NCBI GenBank assembly: GCA_000165425.1
Contig: CT868042.1
Coordinates: 124,001 to 188,000 of the forward strand
DNA length: 64,000 bases
From: Paramecium tetraurelia
Lineage: Eukaryota
Reading direction: 5' to 3'
Every line of letters starts with the position of its first letter. Positions within the stretch are counted from its first letter, which is position 1. Positions 56,901 to 64,000 of the stretch are shown piece after piece. A program made the position numbers and the translations under genes. A model generated the notes under the pieces. That model was given only the letters and a program-made list of their open reading frames with translations. It did no database searches and had not been told where the DNA came from.

Positions 56901-57397
56901 ATGTCACAATAAGTTCTCTGGGAAGTGGTTAAAGGAAACAATGCCTTTTTGGTTAAGAGAAATGGATTGACATTGTCAACAGACCCATTCAATAACACAG
57001 GTGTGTAGACATATAGCAGCACAGGTAATTGGGTCGATGTATTAATTTAAAGGATTCATCAGTAAGAACGCAGTTGGTGTTGTTTCAACCTAAGGAAAAG
57101 TGAATTAGATTAATAATATTAATTTGGTCGCAAAGAAGAGCACAAAATTCTAATAAGCTGATAGAAAGGCTAAAAACACTCAATCAGTGTATGCCTCAAC
57201 CTTGGCTGTTAAGCATGGAGTTCACACTGCTTCCAGAGTAACTAATATATCAATAATCTTAGGTTATCAGAAAGAGATTCGGTACTTCAAGACTTGGATC
57301 ACAAAAGGCAGCCCTCAGAAAGTTGGTCAAGTTAAACAGAGCAAACGCAGTCAGAAGAAGAAATGAATTGGCTGCCGCTAAAGCTTAAAAGAAATGA
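56901..57397 (+). CDS. RPL28: 60S ribosomal protein L28 (eL28), 2 introns
   Basis: [34 protein letters not shown]...QKAALRK. Confidence 0.92.
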
Positions 57398-57549
57398 TTT
57401 GCATAATTATCAAAATGATGTACAATATATCAAGAAATAAATCATTATTATATTCTTCTTTCCTGAATCGATTAGTGTTAATATAAAATGATTCTCGAAA
57501 ACATCATAAAACATTAAAATCTTCAGATTAAGATTTCATTTAAATAAAT

Positions 57550-57873
57550 ATGAGATCATAAACCCATGCCCCAAAGCCTGGCTTCTCCTCCTTGGAATAG
57601 CAAGCTCCATCATTGCCAGATAAGAGCATTTCTAAAGACAGCAAGCTTTCCCTGGACTTTGTCAATGTGGCAACTCTTAAGGTGCGGTATGATAGATTTG
57701 GGAATATGATTGATAAGAAAAAGAGAGAATAGCAAGTGTCTTTTAGAGACAGAATAGAAAAGACACAAAAGTTATACGATTTAATAATGTTTGATCAATT
57801 TAAACTTGAATTAGAGCAGAAACAGAATTAAAAATAAGGAGAAACCTAAAATTTGTGTTGCTAAATTTAATGA
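57550..57873 (+). CDS. Small protein (107 aa) with RYDRFGN..QVSFRD motif and C-terminal CCQIQ
   Basis: 324-nt ATG-TGA frame in code 6. Confidence 0.7.
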
Positions 57874-57924
57874 AATTCATAATTATCTATTTTGTTCGTA
57901 AATATGTACTATACTTTTAAAATA

Positions 57925-58836
57925 TCATTATTTTTATTTCTCTTCATGATGTTCTCTGGCTTATTTCTTTTCAAGAGCAGTCAAATACAAACCATTATCA
58001 TCTGGGAGTGAAATTAAGGGTTTCTTTCCTTTACCAATAGTGAAGATGTTGTTAATTCTGGTGGAAAAGTGTTTTCCATTTGAATCCTAATAAAGATTTA
58101 GATTGGAATCTATACCTTGACATGAACAATATCGAAAGATCCAAGATGTCTCTCTCTATGTTGAATGAGTCCAACTCTTCCAATGTTGTTTCCTCCGACA
58201 ATGTAGCAAATATTTCCTAATATTGTAAATGCATTTGATTACCTGGTTCTTCCTTGATGAAATCAACGACCTTGCCGGTTTCCAAATCGATTTTGAGAGT
58301 GTCATTAATATGAATTTCTGGATTTGGATATCTGATTGTTCTGGCATCGTTGGTAACAATGTAGGGAACATTGTTTGGTCCAACCTTCTTTTAAGTAACC
58401 TTGACTAGCTTGAACTTAGCTTCATCTGGTTTGATGGATTTTAAAATGAATTTTCCTTAGACATCATACAACACTCTATAACTCTCTCTTGTCTTGTCGA
58501 TGGTAATAACGTCTGATTACAGATTATAAACTAATTAATACCCAACAATCCAACTGGGTATCCGAAGTCAGATCTCACTTTTCCATCAACTTTAACATTG
58601 CCATCCTTATCAGCAAGAATCATTTAGACTTCTCTAGCATAGAGAGCATATTTCAATTTTTGTTGCAATATAACAGACAATGGAATTGATTCTCTCAACT
58701 TATGAGGTCCTTATGAGGGTCTTGTGGTCCAATTTCCTCCCAACTTTGAAAGCATCCAACTTTTTGGTGCTGTGATTCTTTTCATATGTTTCTTAGGTCC
58801 TCTAGCCTAGACAAATAGAACTCATTATCTTACCAT
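57925..58836 (-). CDS. RPS4: 40S ribosomal protein S4 (eS4); first intron directly after the ATG
   Basis: [44 protein letters not shown]...[10 protein letters not shown]...[15 protein letters not shown]. Confidence 0.97.
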
Positions 58837-59010
58837 GATTGTTTAAAGAAAAAATTAAAATCTTTTTTAATTTAATTCAAAATGTATGTATTCATGAGAT
58901 CCCTAATATCGAAAAATGTTCTGAATTTAGCCAATCCCAATTCCAGCAATTCCTGTATTCACAGCAACAAATTATGGTGATTAATATTACTAAAATAATA
59001 ATATATAATA

Positions 59011-60583
59011 TCATAAGGAATCTTCATCGTCATCCTACTATTCCCCATCGTCTTTAACATTGAATATTCGAACTGATTATTTATAAGCCTGTTTCAACAG
59101 GACATACACTCCATCCTCCTGAGTTTTCAGATAATCAACCATATATCTCACACTTTACCAAATTTCAACAGATTTAAAATTAATAATAGCAGCCAAATCT
59201 CTTTATGTAAAGGTTTCCACTAACAACAGAGAATGCTTATCCTAATCCTTTTAGTTTTGTCTAGCCAAATAACCAACCTTGATCTCTTCGCTCTCCAATA
59301 ACTATGCCTAACACAACCATTTAGCGATATTATTAGTGTTATACACTTATGCAGTACTAATTAATATAAATAAACACTTACTTAGTTGTAATACCAGCCT
59401 AAGATAATAATGATTTCTTCCAATCAGGAGGTGTTTCGCACTCATTCAATGATTTCACTAAGACAGGTTGTCCATCGTTATTTTCAGCTTCAACTGTAGT
59501 TCTCACAACCACTTTAAATCTCTCCTATCCTGCTCTCACTTCCTCTCCCTTGGCGGCTTTCTCAATCCTATCCTTTACTGTGACTTCTAAATATTTGAAA
59601 CAAAGATCTTCAGAAAAAAGATATTTTTCAGCCAAATCGTTTTGTTCTGCCTCCTCATCATTTTGTAATGAATTTTAAAAGAGCACTGGTTGATTGTAAG
59701 TACTCAACAATTACCAACTCAATTAGGCTATTGTACTTTCCTCACAATAATTTCGCACTGTCCTTTCATCTTCAGGCATATCAACTGTGATATTCTCATT
59801 TATTGTCTGCAATTCCAAGTATGTCAATTCACTTCTGTTTTAAGGGCATTTGTCAAAGACATAAGAATTGCCCTTCTTAGTTACCAAGATATCCCAAGGA
59901 TATATTGAATACTTGATTGTTTAGATAGCAAATAACAATTTATCAGTTGTGTAGATGGTTGGAAGTTCTTCTGTTCCTTACCTTTCTGCTATGAGTTATT
60001 TAAAATATTTATCATCTTACACAGATCCTGAGATGACTTCTCCTCCTATAATAGATATCTTTTTCTCATAATTTGGTCTCACTTTATCAAATTCTTTGTT
60101 GTATTTTTTTATTGTTCCTATACTTTGGATTTCTTTTATATCAATCAAAGAGTATTGAACCTTCTCAATGTTCTACTTTTATGTCTCGTGAATACTAATC
60201 CAATCAGTTTTAATTGAGATTGAGTCCTTGAATCTGCATTTCTTATACACAATCACTCTCTTTGCAGCCTATGACATTTTGCTCTTCTTTCCCGTTTAAT
60301 AGTACGATTGATACACGACTTGCTACTGTTATTAAGGGACAAAGGCGATCTTCTTTTGTACAGGCTTCTTGACTATTTTCTATCCAACAGTCTCATACTC
60401 ATCTTCCAAATCTTTTTGCACTTGAGTTTATTTTGAGAAATCGCAACATCTACTTACTTTTTCCTATCTGCTAAAGGGCTAGAATAATCTGTCCTTAAAC
60501 TCTTCAAATTAATAATTTGGGTCTGGACAGAAATCAGATAAAGGAGCATAACTCTTTATGAGATTTTGCAAATTGGAATCCAT
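59011..60583 (-). CDS. EIF3D: Translation initiation factor 3 subunit D
   Basis: YAPLS, SISIKTDW, TTDKLLFAI..YSIYPWDILVTKKGNSYVFDK, VVRTTVEA, IKVGY; acidic tail DDGEQQDDDEDSL. Confidence 0.85.
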
Positions 60584-60629
60584 AAATTAAATATTTTATC
60601 GAATTTAAATAATTATACAAATTATCCCA

Positions 60630-62852
60630 TCACTTATTAACACTATTGATTATTTCTTACAAAGCAGAAGCTATTTATGTTATCTGCAAGGATATCGATC
60701 TAAATAATAATAGAATTATTGGATACTCATAAAACTATTGACCATAATCCAAATTTTGGAAGGCCTCAGTAATTGTCTGTAGCGAATTCTCAAATTCCTC
60801 TTCATCTAAATTTGCTGTCTTCATAAACTTCTCGTTCTATGTCAATTGATTTGAAGCCTCTTCCAATTAAGTAAGATTTATCGATGTGAACTATCATAAT
60901 TACTTGCTTTTCTTACTATGGCATAATAATCATTAATCTTCTAGTTGATAATTTTCATGACCTGTTGTTACAAAAATTGATCTAATCCTGTATTCATACT
61001 TTTATCCAATCTCAAATCATCTATGTACTTCTCTAAACTCGCTAATTATTGTTTTATCAGGTCCAACTTATTGCTGATAATCTCAATAGACAAGGATAAA
61101 GTTCTCAAATTTTGAATATTCTACCTGTAAAACTTTTACGACTCTTACAAGGAAGTTTGTATTTTGCTACTAATCATCTAATTGTTATTTTATTCAACAA
61201 ATAATAATTGATCCCTCACATTTTGCACCTAATCCTCATTGTTTTTGTTAATGTAACTAGCTTCTAGGAGTCTCTTCTGCACATCTAGATGAACATTATA
61301 ACCATAAAAATACCGTCTAGCACTCTCTTAAAGACCTCAATTTATTGTTGACTCAATGGTTTCTTTCCCTCTTCATTTTAAGATTAAAATTCAATCATGT
61401 TCTTTATTTTAATCAACTATCTTCCTTACTCTTATTGCATTTGATGAATTTTGTTAATCTATTGTTAATAGCCTTTCCACCCTCCTCTTTCCTTGATGAA
61501 GTTCACCTTCTCCTAAATGGAAGGTGTTAGCTTCAAAGATTCAGCATTTTAAAATGCATCTAACATAAATTGCAGATTGTATTTGTTGAATATGGTTGTA
61601 TAAGTATTTTAGAACTCAACCAATTTCTGATTTGCCTGAAACTTTTTTGAATTGATCTCCTCAATTAGCTTTATCACTCCAAGTCTCTTCTCATCCTCTT
61701 GCTTCAGCTTTTATTCATTATTTTATTCGTAAACATCAGGTGCCTTGGACTTTATTAGATCTTGTTTCACAGGGAGTGGCAACAATTCATACTCTTTGGC
61801 AATAGGGTTCTTGTTCACCTTGTCATTCAAGTAGTTATACTCTTTCTTTAAGTTTGCAATTTATTGCCTAGCACTTTAAATAAATTGAATTACTATTGTG
61901 TAACTAGGAACTCATTTTTTTATTTATATTTTTTGAAGATGGTTGCTATGGCTGATTCAGCCTTATTAATATAGGCTATTGCCTTTCCCATTCTCTACTC
62001 TTTGGGGAATTCTTTGGCTGTCTCTGACATCAGTTTTCCCAAGCCTATGTAGAGAATGACCTCTGATATTGTGCTATCGTTATTTAGTTTCTCCAATAGT
62101 TAATTGTAAATCATTGGTGGAATCTATTTTTTGTTGCATTACTTGGATTGTATCAAATATCGTATTGCTGAGTCATACTATTTGTTGGCCTCCTGCAGAA
62201 GGCTGAGACTTTCCAGTTATTCCTGATTTCCCTTTTGAGTTTTGAAATGTTCATAGAGCTTTTTATATCCAAAAGCTTGGGCCTAAAGGTGGAACACGTA
62301 ATCATTACATAACTATTCAACATGTAGATGTGAACGACTGAGAGATCTGAGTGTTGCTAGACAATTTTAGAATTAATAAAGGGCAAGACTTCTTACAGTC
62401 TTTGATAACTCCAAAGCATGTTTCTAGTTTTGGTTAATGAAATTTTGATTTGTTGTTCATTCTGGGCCTGATGGTAATACAGGATGCCTAAGTTGTATAA
62501 TTGACATGCATATTCATAATGCCATTAATTTGATTAAGTGAATTTGTTCTAAAAATATGTCTATCTGACTTACAGGTTCGTACGAATCATTCCAACAGAA
62601 GGTAATTTCATCTTGGAGAGGCTGTTTCAGAATTTCATCCAAAAGCGTCATATATTCGAGCAATTGCTTCTCCAACTGGGTGCAGGCCTCAAGATTTCCC
62701 TTTAAACAATCTTATTGTTGAAAATTTAGCAATCTTTTGCGACAATCATCGATACTGAGCAGAGTTTGATTCTAATTTTACAAATTCTTTCATACATTCG
62801 ATTGGGGGAATTTAGTTGGCTTGGTTTACTTGAAACGAAACCCAAAGTTCAT
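60630..62852 (-). CDS. BRO1-domain plus V-domain (ALIX/Bro1-like) ESCRT accessory protein, no Pro-rich tail
   Basis: FCWNDSY, YEYACQLYNLGILY, KKEYNYLNDKVNKNP, GQQFYESI; tiny introns. Confidence 0.82.
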
Positions 62853-62930
62853 GTGAATTAATTATATTATTTATTTTAATGACGAAGGTTTGATTTAAGA
62901 TAGAATAAAAATTATCAAATATTTAATTTA

Positions 62931-63456
62931 ATGAAATAAAATAGAGTTTCTATATTGACCAAATAAAACATAAGATATGAAGGATCTGTTTATGCAATAG
63001 ACAAAATTCGAAAAACAGTCTTCCTCAAAGATGTGAGGTGTATGGGAACTGAGAACAGGGAAGCTGCGATATTCATCCCTCCATCAACAAAAATCACTCA
63101 AATGGCTGAGTTCACAAATGAGTAGATTTTGGAGATCAAAAAATTAGTAATGCTTTTTGTCTATTTGCAAGAACACCACTGACTTCCCAGAACATTTACC
63201 CGCTGCCACCAAAGAACATACTCAAAGTTCTCAAGATCAGAAATTGGCATCCAAAATTTTAAACCAAAGTTGCACCTACGAAGTCACCAGATCGCCTCTG
63301 CCCAAGATAACTATGAGAAAAAATAGACACTTCCTGTCTCAAAGTCCTGATCCGAGGAAGGTGGACTAGAAACCTGTTTATATTACAAATAATTATTTAT
63401 AATTGAAGAAAATGGAATAATTCAAAAAAATGCTTATGTTCAGACAACACAGATGA
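62931..63456 (+). CDS. LSM14/Scd6-like Sm-domain protein, short, one intron
   Basis: VSILTKQNIRYEGSVYAID..TVFLKDVRCMGTENR..IPP matches the LSM14 N-terminal Sm domain. Confidence 0.78.
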
Positions 63457-63522
63457 GGTTGTATATTTTAATTCATGTGATATTTTGAAATTCTCAGAAT
63501 TATACATTATTTTTATTATCTT

Positions 63523-64000
63523 ATGGGGAATTGCCAATGTCAATCTGCTGAAATCCAAAAGACCGAAGAAATGCAGCCTCTCGAATTCAAATAGGAGAAC
63601 TATAATAGTTTCGAGGATCAACAATTACAGTTTTGCCAGGCTCAACAAATATTATAATAAGAGACCATTAAGTCCAATAATGAAACATCTGATGACACTC
63701 ATAGACCTAATCCGTAATTAGTGTGGCAAACACAGACGTAGTTCACCACTTATAATCTCATAGTTCAGGTAATCTTGTCTAAAAGTAAAATCTAAGAAAA
63801 TTATGGATGAATTGGGCCCATTCGAATTAAATGACCAGGAAGGCTATTTCTATGGAGTCTATGAGTAAAAAGATGGTTCGCTCTATAGAGGTTGTTGGCA
63901 TCAAGGCCAAAAATTTGGATATGGTACTTCAACACAATACCTATCACTTTAGGAAGCTTAATCTATCAAGATGGCTCCGTCTTTTAAGGGCAATGGAGAA
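63523..64000 (+). CDS. MORN-repeat protein with N-terminal acylation motif (partial, runs off window)
   Basis: MGNCQCQS; DGSLYRGCWHQGQKFGYG|SLIYQDGSVFQGQW. Confidence 0.85.

Noticed and set aside
60633..60660. Apparent final intron gtaag...aataag just before the BRO1 stop
   Set aside because: The correct frame reads through it as coding (ALQEIINSVNK) to the same TGA.

Overview
AT-rich, very gene-dense eukaryotic DNA from a ciliate macronuclear chromosome, almost certainly Paramecium. TAA/TAG read as Gln, TGA is the only stop, introns are tiny (20-29 nt, GT..AG) and intergenic gaps are often under 100 bp. The supplied standard-code ORF track therefore fragments nearly every gene; I re-translated by hand with code 6. 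About 40 genes are supported. These include an EF-hand protein, a Ulp1/SENP protease, VAP, Era GTPase, an AGC kinase, a tandem pair of ~1640-aa TmcB-like multi-TM PAS proteins, QCR6, DnaJ, a centrin-like protein, a B-box protein, PKG, RPL11, RPS3a, a diflavin reductase, two OSCA/TMEM63-like channels, a SAXO/STOP-like protein, PDI, an ankyrin protein, a PH-CAMK kinase, an otubain-like protein, WD40, RPL28, RPS4, eIF3d, BRO1/ALIX, an LSM14-like protein and a partial MORN protein, plus several decayed gene remnants. No RNA genes, transposons, CRISPR arrays or telomeric tracts were recognised. The most notable observations are the cyclase-less PAS receptor pair with a likely gene-conversion tract, an ATGA stop/start overlap between two tandem genes, an apparent GT..TG or broken intron, a G-run tract in a promoter and a probable otubain pseudo-enzyme. 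Family assignments come from motif recognition, not database searches.
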